From: Hyaloraphidium curvatum SAG 235-1
Taxonomy: Eukaryota > Fungi > Monoblepharomycota
Reading direction: 5' to 3'
DNA length: 64,000 nt
NCBI GenBank assembly: GCA_025558095.1
Contig: JAIVFI010000009.1
Location: forward strand, 248,001-312,000
In this document: piece after piece, positions 47,996 through 61,237 of the stretch
How positions within the stretch are numbered: the stretch's first letter is position 1
How the letters are laid out: each line of letters starts with the position of its first letter
The notes under the pieces: model-generated
What the model was told of the DNA's origin: nothing
What the model saw: only the letters and a program-made list of their open reading frames with translations
The model's database searches: none
Position numbers and translations under genes: made by a program

Positions 47996-50900
47996 ATGCT
48001 GCGGTCCTCACTGCCGTCGAGCAAGGGCCGCGGCCGCTTTGTGTCTCCACTGCTTGCCAATACGCCAGTTCCCGCTGGGTCGGAGAACCGGGCGCCTGCC
48101 CGCGACGAGGTCCAAACCCCCGCCGCGGACGATGCCGACAAGCCGTCAACCGCGTCCAAATCTTTGGATCTCGCCGTCAAGCCTCCCGCGCCCAGGAGCG
48201 CACCGCGACCGGCGCTCCACGGACCTTCGGCGGCGGCCCGACCGGCAAGGCCTCTTCTGGCTGCCCCTCCGACCGTCCCGCAGAAGCGGCCGGCTCCCGA
48301 TGATGCAGATGAACCCGCGGACGAGCACTTTTACAACGTGCTGTGGAGAAAGATCCAACAGAAGAAGCATCGCACCTGGGACGGAGACGGCGTAATCGTA
48401 GTTAAGGGGAAGACGTACACGTTGCGTGACGCCGATGGAAAGGAGCTCGGCAAGACAACGAGCAGCAGCTGGGGGAAGCTGAAACCTGGCGAAACCATCA
48501 CGATAGCCGGCAAGGACGTTGAGGTCGTCTCGGAGCTCGATGCCGGCTTGTATCGGAGCGGCCGCGTTTTCGTGGCACCTCAGGCCAGTCCTGTCAAAGC
48601 CCTGCCGGCTCCGATCAAGGTCACTGCGTACAAGAACCCGTCGAAGGATCACGACCCCGGTCGCAGCATTTTGGCTGGCGAGGCCAAGCCTCGGCACAAC
48701 CCCCAGGCTCCGAACGCGCTCGTTATGCCGAGACCGTCGCCGGAATACGCTGCTTCAAACAATCCGAAGCATCTGCCGATCGTGGACGTCGTCGTGGACC
48801 CGGTACTCTCGGGCGTTCTGAGGCAGCACCAACGCGAGGGCGTGAAATTCCTCTACGAAGCCGTTATGGGAATGAGGGACTACAACGGTCAAGGAGCGAT
48901 TCTGGCGGACGAAATGGGGTTGGGAAAAACGCTGCAGACGATTTCTTTGTGCTGGTGAGTTGGGCTCTCTGCCCGATCTATGAACCTCGGTGACGGATCG
49001 TTTTCACACAGGACGTTGCTTAAGCAGAACCCTTTTCACGGGTGAGTTTCTGGGTCTGCTTCTTTGTATACCGACTCTCGTCTCACTTTTTTGTCAGCAA
49101 CGGTCCCGTTGCGAAACGCTGCCTCATCGTGTGCCCGGCGAGTCTCGTGGCCAACTGGAACAAGGAGTTCTTGCGCTGGCTGGGCAAAGAGCGCTTGAGA
49201 GGTAAGCAGTCGCCTTCACTGTCTGATTTGGCTGACATTGATGTGATTCCCAGTTTTCCCTGTAGATGGTTCTGCCGACATCAAGGACTTTTTGGTGGGG
49301 AGAGTCTACTCCGTCATGATTGTGGGCTACGAGAAGATGCGACTCAGTAAGGATGGCATGTTTCTGTGTCACATATTCAGCAAAATTCATTGCGGCCCGT
49401 TGCACAGTCGCTGATGTTCTCAAGGCCGCACAATTCGATCTCGTCATATGTGACGAGGGACATAGGCTCAAGGCAGGAGGAGTCTCGCGTGCCAATGATT
49501 TTATAGCTCACTTGCCTTCTGACAGGATCCAAAGATCAAGACGTCGCAGATTCTTTCGCAGCTCAGCACTCGCCGCCGCGTCATTCTGAGCGGGACGCCG
49601 ATTCAGGTAAGGGCGCCCCGAGAAATTGCTCGAGGCGCTTCGGAGTACTGTAACTCACCCCATCGCGAACCCCAGAACAACCTGGAAGAGCTTTTCAGCA
49701 TGATCGATTTCGCCAACCCATCTGTCTTGGGTTCGTACAGCACGTTCAAGCAGGCAGGTGCATTGTTCGCTTTCAGTGAACATCCGTGACCCGGGGAAAC
49801 AGGTGTTTGAGAAGCCGATCCTGGCCGGCAGGGCGCGAGACGCAACGGCTTCCGAGAAGCGGCTTGGGGAAGATCGATCGCAGGAACTCGCGCGACTCAC
49901 AGGGCTCTTCATCCTCCGCCGCACCGCTGAGGTCAATGCCGCATACTTGCCGCCGAAGAAGTGAGCCTTCCTAGCTACCTTACCACCGTTGAAGTGACTC
50001 GTGTGGGTCGCAGCACTTTCATCCTGTTTCTCAAAGGCACGGCGCTGCAGTCCAAGCTCTATGATGAAGGTAACCGCCAAGGAATGTCAGTGCTGTGACG
50101 GGAGCTTACCTTTCTTGCTTGCGCCAATTCGAAGTCATCAACTCGAAGCTGCTGAAGCGATGCCTTGACGGGTCAAACGAAGCAGGCCACTTGCGAGCCA
50201 TTGCTGTGCTGAAGAAGATCGCCACTTCCCCAACGGTAACCCGCAACTTGCAGTGCATTCGTCTAGCTAGCTCATGGTTCCGAACAAACGCGGCAGCTTC
50301 TCACTGCATCCCCGGCCTCGGGAGACGACGAAGACACCGGGAATTCAGCAGACGACTTTATCGACAACCTCCAGCAGTCGCTGTCCGTTCTCGGCGCCAA
50401 ACCGGCCTATTCGAGCGCGTGGTTGAGACTGTGCTCGTCGAAGCTGCTCATAACCGAGGCGCTCTTGAGCCAGATTGTCGGGAGCACTGATGAAAAGGTG
50501 ACGCGGCGCGAGTCCTGCTGCAGTTTGGGAACTGACACACACTCAGGTCATAATCGTGTCCATGTCCACGCTTTCGCTGAATGTGGTCGAGGAGCTATGC
50601 AAGGCAAGGAACTGGCCCGTGTTGCGCATCGACGGAAGCACGCAAGCCACAAAGAGGCAACCGATCATCGATCGTTTCAACTCCAGCGACCATCCCGAAC
50701 GTATCCTTCTGCTTTCATCCAAGTCGGGCGGTGCAGGTCTCAACGTCGTAGGCGCATCGAGAATGATTCTGCTTGACCTCTCCGTGAGTTTCCCGCCTCC
50801 ACAGAGGAGGGAGCCCTAAAGACAATCTCGCTCGCAGTGGAATCCGGCCGACGATGCGCAAGCAATGGCGCGCATCTGGAGAGAAGGCCAGAAGAGACCC

Positions 50901-51480
50901 GTGTTCATTTACCGTCTCTGCTTTACTGGATCGCTTGAAGAAAGCCAGTTGATGCGACAGAGCGAGAAGAGCGCCCTTTCGAGCGCCATGATGGTGACGG
51001 ACTTCCACACGTGTGGTCTGTGGGATGACTGACTGCTCTTGCAGCAGGATGACCAGCAATCCAAGGCCAAACAGCAACGATTCTCGAAGGAAGAGCTTCG
51101 GCGCATCTTCTCGTATGACGAAAGGACATTGTCGATCACCCACGACGCTTTGCGCTGCAAATGCCACTTGGTCGAGGACGATGCCGACGAGGATACAGAG
51201 TCGCTGTTGACAGACGATGAAAGCGTTGCAGCGAACACCGAGAAGAAGAAAGGGGTGCGCAAGGAGACCGCCTGGACACACAGGCCCTGACACTGACCCG
51301 TTTCAGTTTTCGGACCTCAAAGAGTACCGACACCTGCTTCTCGCGGACGCAGATGCATCGCAAGAAGCCCAGCAGCTGCTGGAAGAGGTCTTCGGCGATG
51401 CGGTGCTCGGCTCGGCTCTCGGGGCAACAGGCGGCAAGGCAGCGGTCACAGCCATCTTTGCCAACACTCGCAATTCGTGA
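47996..51480 (+). CDS. RDH54: Rad54B/Rdh54 SNF2-family translocase (multi-exon)
   Basis: KKHRTWDGDG N-terminal motif; LRQHQREGV, ILADEMGLGKT, CDEGHRLK, SGTPIQ, AMARIWREGQ. Confidence 0.93.
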
Positions 51481-51549
51481 TCACTCGCAGATTCTCTGAC
51501 TCAACTTTGTCTGCTCAATCATCACTTTGTTCATTCATCAATGAAATTG

Positions 51550-54119
51550 TCACCATGGCACATCGCCTAAGCCCAGGCCGTCCACCTGCTCGTCAGGCTC
51601 AAAAGTGTCGCGGATGCGTGCCAACAGCGCACGCAGATCTTCCCCTTCACGATCCTCGTTTCCGCTTCCGCTCCCACCGAAGCCCGAATCGGTGGGCATG
51701 GGCAAGGAGAAAAGCGCGCTGTCCAAATCGCTCGAGAAGTCTGCCTGCGGATCCGCACCGGTGAAGGTCCCGAAAGCGCCCGGATCTGGGCGCAGCGACG
51801 ATGCCGAGCCTCCGTTTGTCGTGCCCGCGCCCTGCCTCGAGGGATCGACCCCGTTTGTGACAGGTGAAGCGGTGCCAAAGGCCGACAAGGAAGGCCCGTT
51901 TGCGGATTGGGCGAGGCGCCCCGGAATGGCGGGCGTCGCGAGCGCCCCAGGCGCTGTTGAGACTCCAAACCTCGGCTGCATATGCGGAGCTCCGCCGTTG
52001 ACGATCGGTGCCGCATTGAAACGCGGTTGCGCAAAGGATGCAAGGTTATCAACGGGTTGCTGGATCGCCGCCGCAGTAGCAGGAGTAGCCGCAGACGGCG
52101 TCGCCACTCCACTCGGCTGTCCCGGGCGAACAATTTCCGACGCCACCACCACGTCGTCCTCGTCGCTGTCCAGAGTAAGGTCGATGACACTCGGCCGGGC
52201 TTTCCCAGGCGGATGAGACCGCCTCGCCGCGTGACTCTGGTCAAGCTGCGACGGCGCGGACGCCCCGGCATCCTGTCCGGCGTCATCATCGTCCAACTCC
52301 ACGACGTCCACCTTCGGCGCTTCTTCCTTCACTGCACGCCGCTCGTCGTCGCTATCCCAGTCGCCGTCGTCGTCCGCGTCCTCGGTCCGGACCTTCCAAT
52401 CAAAGCTTCCTGGATCAAGCTCCACGGTTTCGACCTCGGGCTTGCAGTTCTGCAAAATGTCGTCGAAAAACCCGTCGATAATCACCGTGTCCCACTCGAA
52501 AGGTTTGTGGCACACGGGGCACGTAAAGTTCGGAGCACTCTCATTCATCTCCAGGAATGTGTTGGCGTCGAAACACTGCAGGTGGTGACACGTGTTCGGC
52601 CGCGCGGGGTTCCCTATTCGAAGCTTGGATATCTGCATGCGAACGGGATGAGGCGGAACGACAGGCGGGAACGGAAGGACGAAACGCACCGGATCCTTGA
52701 GGGCGATGATTTCCACCGTGGCGACAATGTCATCGTCCTCCGCAATTTGCTTCTTCCGAGACGCGACCACCTGCTCCTTGCTGACAAAGTGCCGACTCCT
52801 CAGATTGTCCACGATCGTGGCAATCGGGATCTTTCGCGCCAAGATGATGGCCCCGACGTATCGCTGCAAAGATGGTTCTCAGCATCGCCAGTCTCCCCGA
52901 AAATGTCGAAGCCAACCTTCAAGGTGTTCTGATACCGAAACTCGACCTTGTTCGGCATCCCCTTCCTCCGGTCGACGAACTTTGTTATGTCCGCCGGGAA
53001 CGCAGTGTAGGGCTTGTTCTTCAGCCCCGCGAAGCGCGGAGGCACCTGGTTGTTGTTCACCATGAGCTGAGGATACGGCGGATACTCTATGGAGCTTCCG
53101 GGTCCCCGAGCTTCGTTTATGCGTTGCGACGTGGCCGATTCGTACGTCGTCATCATGTACATGAGGCGGTACGTCGGCGAGGTCGCGCCCGTGGCAGGGT
53201 CCGGCTTGCCGGAGAAGGTCAGCTTGTGGGATTGGTCCTCATCAAAGGAGAACTCGAAGCGGATGTAGTACCCTTTGGCAGGCGCTGGTGACGGGTGTCA
53301 TCGAGGCGTAGAACATGCGGCACATGTCACGAACCTTCCGTCGTCCGCACCCGAACGACCTTGACGTAATCCTCGTAGTACGGCAGCGGTTTGAACCTCA
53401 CATTATCCTGGACCTGCTTCGGCCCCGCGTTCAGCTGGGAGCTTAAGGAGGCCGTGAAGGACGAGGGGTAGAGCGGAGAGCCGTAGGACGATGACGAAGC
53501 GGCAGGAGCCTGGTGTGCCGAGTATCCCGATCCGTACTGGTACGTCGAAACGCTCGGCGTCAGAACTCCAACAGGCGCGGCCGGGTTGGCATGCTGGTCC
53601 TGCGGGCGCATGACCAGCCGTATTCGGTTCACTCCAGGCGAGGCGCCGCGAGCAGGACCCGCCGCATTCGGGTCATGTCCGGTGTTCTGGAAAGAAGGGG
53701 ACGTGGGTATGGGGAGATTGGGTAAGGGGTAGGGGTTGTGGGCGACGCTAGTCCGGTCGCAAGAAGCACGGTCAGGCGCAGCAAGAGCAGCCAAGAAAGG
53801 GCGCGCCCACGATCTGGGAGTTGCCGCCGCATCGTCGACGGCGCGCTTGATGGCGCGCAGCTGCGCCAGGTCCTGTCCAGCGACAGCGTTATTCACGGCG
53901 TTCGTGAGACGAGCCAGCAGATCCGGCTTGTTGCCGCTCCTCCGTTCCGAAAGCTGCTTTAAAGCTTCCTTCAACTGCGGCACCGTGAGGCGAGGAATGG
54001 ACTGGTTGAGAAGGGCCTGCCGTGCGAAGCGACCACCGATTCCCCGTCAGGTGCGAAGTAGCTGAAAGCGCTGCCAAGCCCACCGAAGCCTCGGCATTGA
54101 TGTCCGCCGTTGACGCCAT
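51550..54119 (-). CDS. SIZ1: SIZ/PIAS SUMO E3 ligase (SAP, PINIT, SP-RING)
   Basis: LTVPQLKEALK..SGNKPDLLARL SAP; KNKPYTAFPADIT; LKDP..KLRIGNPAR..CHHLQCFD..CPVC; VIDLTLDSD SIM. Confidence 0.94.
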
Positions 54120-54403
54120 TGGCAAGTCCGCGCCCTGCAGCCCGCGGTCTCTCGCCTACAGAGTGAAAGGCCGCTGTCGTCGGAGCATGGGATCCCGCAA
54201 TCGTCGCCGGTCCCCGGAATGTCCACGACTTTTCAGGCTTCCTTTCTCGCCCGAGGTATTGATCCGGCACTCTCCAGGCCACGGGCGGCCCAGCGCTTGC
54301 TTCCCGCAACTCGGCACTCCGTCGCGCAACAGCGCAACCATGCAGTCACGTCTGAGACCAGCTCAGAGAGCAGACGCACGTTACGTACTACTATAGCACC
54401 ACG

Positions 54404-55028
54404 ATGGCTCTTAATGCGGCTGCGTTGCTCCCCGAAGGCGCATCGCCACAGCTGGTACCAGGGGAGAAGCCTTTCTTGGCCCAGAAGGGCGTCGCTTTGG
54501 AGCTCAAGGCCCACGGAACCGGACCAGTCGCTAACACCGGGAGCTACTTCTTCGAAACCGGAACCCTCTTCCTCACCAGCTTGAGGGTGATCTACCTCCC
54601 AACCAAGCCCCTGGAATACACGCGTTCGTTCTCGGCGCCGATCGCGAACGTCGTCGGGGGAGACCTCCACCAACCGCTCTTTTCCCCAAACTACTTTGAA
54701 TGCCGGGTCGTGACCGTGAGTTGCAGTTTTTCCTTTCCTGCGGAACCGCACGGACGGGCTTTGCGTTTGCCAGGTGCCCAATTCCGGTCTACCGCAGCAG
54801 ACTTCCGACCTCAAGCTGACCTTCCGCGACGGCGGTGCCTACGATTTCCAAACGACCCTCTCGGGAATTCGTTCTCGAATGCCGCAACCGGACGTCCCGG
54901 AAGCACTGCCGCTGTACGCTCCACGAGAGTCTGCCACGCCGGATCCGGTGGTACCAGATGCGTCGAATGCCCCTTCGGAACTCCGAAACGAATCGGTTCC
55001 TCCACCGAGCTACGATGAAGGTGGATAG
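54404..55028 (+). CDS. WBP2-like PH-GRAM protein with PY motifs
   Basis: MALN, GTLFLTSLRVIY, HQPLFSPNY, KLTFRDGGAYDF, LPLY, PPPSY. Confidence 0.88.
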
Positions 55029-55256
55029 TGAAGAACGCAAGGGGCTCTAAGAGTGTCAAACCGTGACACGCATGCAATCCCGATCCCCTCCATACAAGGA
55101 ACAAAGAAGAATCAACTGATCGAAGACCAACCAACCGATCACCACGTGGACTAAGTGACACCGCTCTCCGCACTCTCCGCACAGGCTGAGTTCGAGGAAG
55201 CCGACGAGCCCATCGCGGAGGAATCAACCTCGCCCGCCTCCGCACTCTCCGCACCC

Positions 55257-57235
55257 CTATTTGTGCCCCGCTTGCTCCAGGAGGGCATTCAGTTCGCCAA
55301 GAGTCTGGTCGAAAACGTTGGCAACGCCGTTCCTGGCCTTGGCCGACTGCGGACCCTTGAGGATGCGCGAGTTCGGCTTCCCGGGCAATCCGACGTGCCC
55401 GCTGCCGAGGTCGCGGCCGGGAGAGAGCGCCCAGGCCGATGCGCGGACTCCCATGGGACTGAGGAGGCTCGACTTGCTGGATCGCGCCGAGCCCGGTTGC
55501 GTCGAGATGAGCGGGGGGGCAGCGCGAGCAGTCTTTCCGGCTTTCCTCGGTATCGGCGGTTGCTCCGGTTGGCTTTTGGGCTCTTTCTCATCGGGAAGCT
55601 CGGGTTCCTGCGATGTCACGGGGGTAGCAAACTCCTCGCCCAACGAAGTCGTGGAAGACGGGCTTCGGAGGAGTTCGCGTTTGGGCGACGATGGTTTGCT
55701 GGGGCTGGCCGCAGGCGGTACTGTCCCGCTCTCCGTTGCCGTCGTGACCGTGCTGACCGTGGTCGCCGAAGACGGTTCCGGGGCGTCCGAGCCTGCGCGC
55801 TTCCGGCTCTTCGAGAGGGTGATGTTGGCAAGGTCCATTGTCAGGCTGTCGACGTCGATTTTCGCCGGCCTGGGCGACTTCGCTGCCGCGGGGTTTTGGG
55901 CAGGGTTCGGCAGGGGGGTTTTCGACCCGGGCTTGGCGGCAGCATATCTGCTCGGTGTCGGTGCGGCCGAAGGCGCCTTTGGGGTGCGCGCGGTAGAGAT
56001 CGAAATGCGGGGAACAGAGGCCCGAGGCGTGACTGGTGCCGTCGGAGCAGGTCTTGATAGGACGGACGAGGCCGGTCGCGACGCTCCAGGCGGGATTGAA
56101 CGGTGGCCGGGGGTCGCGGGATTCGGTGTAGGCGGCGCTTTCTGCGCAGTGAGATTCTCCCTCCCGCGCTCCGACAGGGAAGCCAAGAAGCTGTATAGGA
56201 GACAATTGAGGGCGGCCCGGAAACCTTGCGCCAGTTCGCGCACCTGTCGATCTTGTCCGGGGCCTCGTGTTGCTTCAAAAAGGCCCATAGCTCTCTCGCT
56301 CCGTCGCGCATGGCGATCGAGGCGTCCGTGCATGCAAGCCGAACAATGTTCTCGCAGTTCCGAAGGTCCGCCGGTCGAGGCGATCGCTCTGTGATGAGCA
56401 CTTTGGCGTACGCGAGCGCGACCTTTATGGCGCGCTCGCGGGCGACGGGATTCTTCTTGAAGCCGTCGTGAGACTCCAGAACGACCGCGACCCAGTGGAG
56501 GACCTCGTGTAGCGGGGCCGAGGATGCCACCGAGACGAGGTGATCGACGGCCCTCCCACCAGGCCCGTGTGCAACGAGCCCGGCGCGCTGCAGCAGGTTC
56601 TCCCAGCCGGACAGCGTGGATTTGAAGAAAGGACCAATGGCGGTCCCGAATCTCGTCGCCAGGTGCTCGATGACGACGACAATGGTCGTAGATACGGATT
56701 TGTGCGAGCAAAGAGCCTCCACCGCCCGCGCCGAGAACTGCGGGAGCGCCGCGAGCAGGTCCGCTTCGAGCTCCGAGGGCAGCGTCGCGGCCAGCGAGTC
56801 CAGGGCAGCCCAGCCTTGGTCGACGGACGACCAGTTGTTGTTGTCCAGATCGCGGTCGATGGTCTTTACGAGGTCCTCCACCGCACGGCGCAGGTCTCCG
56901 TGTGTTTGCTGCGGGGTGCGGAGCATTCGCGTATTCGCGTCAGAGCACGGGTCGGTCAGCGGGACGGGAACACCCACGATTCCGAGTGCCGAGGCCGAGC
57001 GTGCCATTTTCCCCGGTGATTTCTTCATTTCGCCCGAGATTTTTGGGTGGTCCTTGTTGTGCTTGTCCGAGAGCAGGCCTCGTTCCTCGGCAGGGAAATC
57101 CGCGCTGTTTCGGCCACTCCGGGCGCCCTCCACCGCCGTCAGGACACTGTTCGAGCTCTCCTGGCGCTCTACCCGTCGTTTAATGATGGTTTCGAAAGGC
57201 AGAAAGTGGGACAGGAGGACAAGCTCCACGTCCAT
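55257..57235 (-). CDS. CLASP_N/TOG-like HEAT protein with Pro/Ser-rich tail
   Basis: NNWSSV..ALDSL, KNPVARERAI, VRLACTDASIAMRDGAR HEAT pattern; start uncertain. Confidence 0.6.
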
Positions 57236-57358
57236 ACGAGGCCGAATTCCGAGAAACTACGTACTATAACCTGCCCTGTCAAGTCCATCCCCAGCTCCAC
57301 CACCCCCCAAACACTGGGCCGAAGCACCAATTCATTGCAAACGGAAGCAAACAGTATA

Positions 57359-58322
57359 TCAATCATCAAACGAAACGGCTCCCCGCAGCACCCAGGCGGC
57401 ATCTGCGCTCCAGAATCTTTGGCTCGACGTCAAACCCCCCGTGACCCCGAAGTTCCCACTGCCCGGAGCGATCGCCACGGCGACACAATGCCGGTCGTCG
57501 AGGTACGACAACTCAAAGTTCCAGGTGCCCTCCCCGTTCAGCGCAGCATTCGAGAGTCCGGTGCTCGTGTCGACGATCGGATCCGCCAGGTCCGTTGCCC
57601 CGACGTACCCGTCCCTCCAAAAGCCCGACGCTGGATTCGGCCGGAAATCGAGGTCGGCAAGGTGGAACGCCGGCATCCCGCCGCCCATGGCTTTGATGAC
57701 AGATTCTTTGAGGGTCCAGAAGCGGAAGAAGCGGTCCAGCCTCTCGCCGGGGGTGCTTTGGCTCCGAATAACGGCGCGTTCCGACGGCGAGTACTGGGGA
57801 CGACAGTCAGCCGCAGTTAGAGGAGCCGCACCTATGGCAGCGACCCACAAGATCCTCCATACTGTCGAGCAACTCCTCCACCGAACCGCCCCCAGGTATC
57901 TCGTCGGTCCGCATCACGTCCACCCCCAACCGGGGCCGCCCTCCGTCCATACTCTTTCCGGCGACCACAACCACCCAATCGCCGTGGTGCGACGCGTTGG
58001 CGTCGAAAGCTCGGCAGCGTTCCGTCCCCGCGCCTCCCTCGCGGACGAGGAATGGCCGGCCATCGGGATCGCGCCGCAACAAGACGTCCTTCCACGCCGT
58101 TCCCGTGAGTTCGCAGCATGCTCGGCGGAGCAGCAGCCGGCCGACGATTGACCGGCGGCGGTCCTCCGCGCGTCGAAGCGCGAGGATGGGAACGCGTTCG
58201 TCGGCGGGAAGGAAGCGCAAGAGCGCCGTCTCGCGGTCTACGGCAAGTTGCTGGGATACGTCCGATGGCAGAAGCAGCAATGGCCACTGTGACGGGACGT
58301 GGAACGCGAGACGAATCAACAT
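57359..58322 (-). CDS. LYS5: Sfp-type 4'-phosphopantetheinyl transferase (LYS5/AASDHPPT)
   Basis: GRP, NASHHGDWVV, LGVDVM, FFRFWTLKESVIKAMG. Confidence 0.93.
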
Positions 58323-58421
58323 TTGGAGGGGGCGATGACGTTCGTCCCCGCACTTCTTCGCAATGTCTCCGGGTGGGAGTCGGTGGGAGCGTTCATAAAT
58401 TCCAGGTGGAAGCGCGTGCAT

Positions 58422-60105
58422 TCAGTACAAATGCTCCCACGCGACGCAGAGCAGAAAGGCTAGGATGCCGTGGAGCGCGACACTCCCCAGCGCGCGCAGG
58501 AATACAGGGTATAGGTGCCGCACCCGCATCTGCAGGCTCGGCAGGAAGTGTGTCCGCAGCGGCCCCGACGGCGCCGAGAAAAAGACCGGGCTCGAGAGCC
58601 CGTTGATGCCCGACTCCCACACGACCTCCTCGCGGGGCGCTTCCCGCGGCCAGCCGACGGTCGGGCTCTTTGGGCGCTTCCGCTCGCGCTCCGTCCAGTC
58701 CAGCCCGAGGCAGACGGTGGCCCCCAGCACCGCCAGCGTGGCGACGAAGAGGAAACCGTAGAAGATGTAGATGGCGATTTGGTCCGGGAGGAAGCAGATG
58801 CCCACGGCGGCCGTCTGAAAGTCCGGCTCCGTGACGTTGGTGGGGAAGAGGGTTAGGAGGGCGAAGCTGGGATGTCGATTTCCCTGCTGCCAGGAGAACG
58901 AGCCCACCGTGTGCTGGAAAACACCACTGAGCCTCCGACCAAGCCAGCCCGGACGAGAACGCACCTCGCTGTAGGTGTTCGGGCCCTGGTGGTGGGTGTA
59001 GAGGCAGTGGTCGTGGTCGTCCCCGCTAAAAATGCCCACGTCCGGCTCCACCTTTCGGATCAGCTGCCCCGTTAGCGCCTTTGTCAGGAGGTTCTGATAC
59101 TGATGACCGGACCCCTGGCGTATCGGCCGGGAGCCGCGCAGGGAGCCGCACGGCGCGTCGTCGGGCCGCCATAACGGCACGTGGGAAAAGAGTATGCGGT
59201 TCGGCAGCTTCGGCCTCACTGTTGGCGGCGGCTTAGCTGGAGGTTGGCGAGCGAAGAGGACTCAACCCACGAGCCTCGACGGCGTGGAGAAAGTTCTCTG
59301 CCGCCTGCTTTGGTGCCGAGTCGCCCGTCGCGCTCAAACTCAGGGTGTCGACCGCGATGAGGGTGTGGTTCGCGATCTGCACGGCCCAGTTCGGGTTCCC
59401 GAAGCGCTCGGTGAACCGCGCGTAGGCCGACGCGACCACGCCGTCCCCGATCCCGTAGTCGTGGTTCCCGGCGACGTAGAACACGTCGTGCGCGTTGCTG
59501 CCGGTCCCGTAGAGGCGGAAGATCCCGGCAAAGCGGCGCAGCTCCTGGTTCCACGTCGCGTTGTCCCACACCCGCCCCCCGTCAAACAGGTCGCCGAGGA
59601 ACACCACGACGTCCGGTTCCAGATGAGACAACACGCCCGCGTACGCCTTCCTCATGTAGTAGTCGCACGTGAACTGGGTCACCCACAGCGTGAGAGAACC
59701 CTGCCGACACCGCAGTGAGCTTCCTCCGCGCGCACGCCCTCCTGAGAGACCAACCGGCTTCTGGTTGTACGACAGAGGGTCTGGAGCAACGGTCAGCACG
59801 GCTTTTGGCGACGAGTGGCGCCCCGACCCACCGGACAGCTGCGGGTCCGCGATGATGGCCACTCTGGCCACCTTCGCGCCTGGATTTCGGCGCGCCTGCG
59901 GGACAGGGCGGCGGCGGCCGGAGGCGGTCACCGGCGGTCCGCGGCGGGGGCGCGGCGGCGTCACCTGGTCCAGCTGCGGCCAGCCGCACCGCCAGGTCGC
60001 GATGCGGAACACGAGCACCTCGCCGACGAGCAGCGCCGCGACCCACGCGAGCGCGAGCAGCCGCGGCGGGTCGGGCAGCGCGGTCAGCGCGGGCCATGGC
60101 CGCAT
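58422..60105 (-). CDS. CDC1: CDC1/MPPE1 metallophosphoesterase
   Basis: IIADPQL, FLGDLFDGGR, AGNHDYG, LFSHVPLWR, IFSGDDHDHC. Confidence 0.92.
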
Positions 60106-60206
60106 GACAGCGGGGCCCGGCGCCGCGCGGCGGATGGTGGAGGAGCGCGCTGTGGCGATCGGCCGCCGCGCGAAGAACGGACACGCCCAACCACGCCGAC
60201 GCGGAG

Positions 60207-61089
60207 ATGGCGGAGGCGTTGTTGAATACGGTTGGCAAGATCACGCTCGTGTTCTTACGCCGCTCACGGGGCGTGGCAGGAGGTGCGGCTCTTCACCACG
60301 AGCCAGGAGCGGCAGCGCTACGAGAACATGGCCGACTTCTACGCGCTGTTCGTCGCGATGGAGCACCTGGAGAAGGCCTACGTGCGCGACGCGATATCGC
60401 ACGAGGAGTGGGTGGCCCGGGCACGCCGCGCAGGGCCCCGCCGACGCTTGCGTGTGCCCAGGTACCCGCGGACGTGTTCCAAGCTCCTGGCGCAGTACAA
60501 GACGTCGCTCAACCTGCTGCTCGAGTCATCTGGAGAGCTCGTCGACAGGTTCATCGAGGGTTTCATGAGGGACTACAAGGTGCCGCGACAGGCGGGCAGT
60601 CCGGCCTTGCTTCGCTGAACTCGTCCCCCAGCTGTACACCCCGGCCGCCCTCAACCGCTTCCGAATAGGCGTCCCCGCGACCATCGAACACACCGTCGGC
60701 ACGCACTCGGCCTCGGACTCCTCCGCGGCCCACAAGTACATCGCCGAGACGGTGCAGCAGTTCATCACCCTCATGGACTCGCTCAAGCTCAACATGGTGG
60801 CGGTGGACCAGATCCACCCGCTCCTGAGCGACCTGATGCAGAGCCTGAACCGGATACCGACGCTGCCGCCGGACTTTGACGGGAAGGAGAAGATCAAGAA
60901 CTGGTGGGAACCGCGGCAAGCGTTCTCGGGGCCGTATCTGACGACCACGGGGCTTGTCCAACCGACAGGCTCATCACTCTAAACCGAATGAAGGCCAGTC
61001 AGCAGCTGGAAGACGACCAGGTCCGCCAGCTGCTGTTTGATCTCGAAGGGGCGTACTCGGCCTTCTATCGCTCACTCTCCAAGGAGTGA
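60207..61089 (+). CDS. VPS28: ESCRT-I subunit VPS28
   Basis: RYENMADFYA..LEKAYVRD, QQFITLMDSLKLNMVAVDQIHPLL, QVRQLLFDLE. Confidence 0.96.
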
Positions 61090-61237
61090 CGTCGTGGGAG
61101 TTGGTGGCAGCAAGGATTCTCGTTCATGGTGGAAGGTGCATAGTCGCTCAATGGGCACACGGGTCTGGAACGGCATGGAGGCGTTCGTGGGGCTGAAGCT
61201 TCGACATGGTGACAGAGAGGTTGTTATTGACGACAGA

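Noticed and set aside
50701-50710. U12-type donor GTATCCTT
   Set aside because: It lies within conserved Rad54B coding sequence (ERILLLSSK).
55160-55257. Short repeat CTCCGCACTCTCCGCAC present twice
   Set aside because: Only two low-complexity copies in a 3' intergenic region; not a CRISPR array or element terminus.
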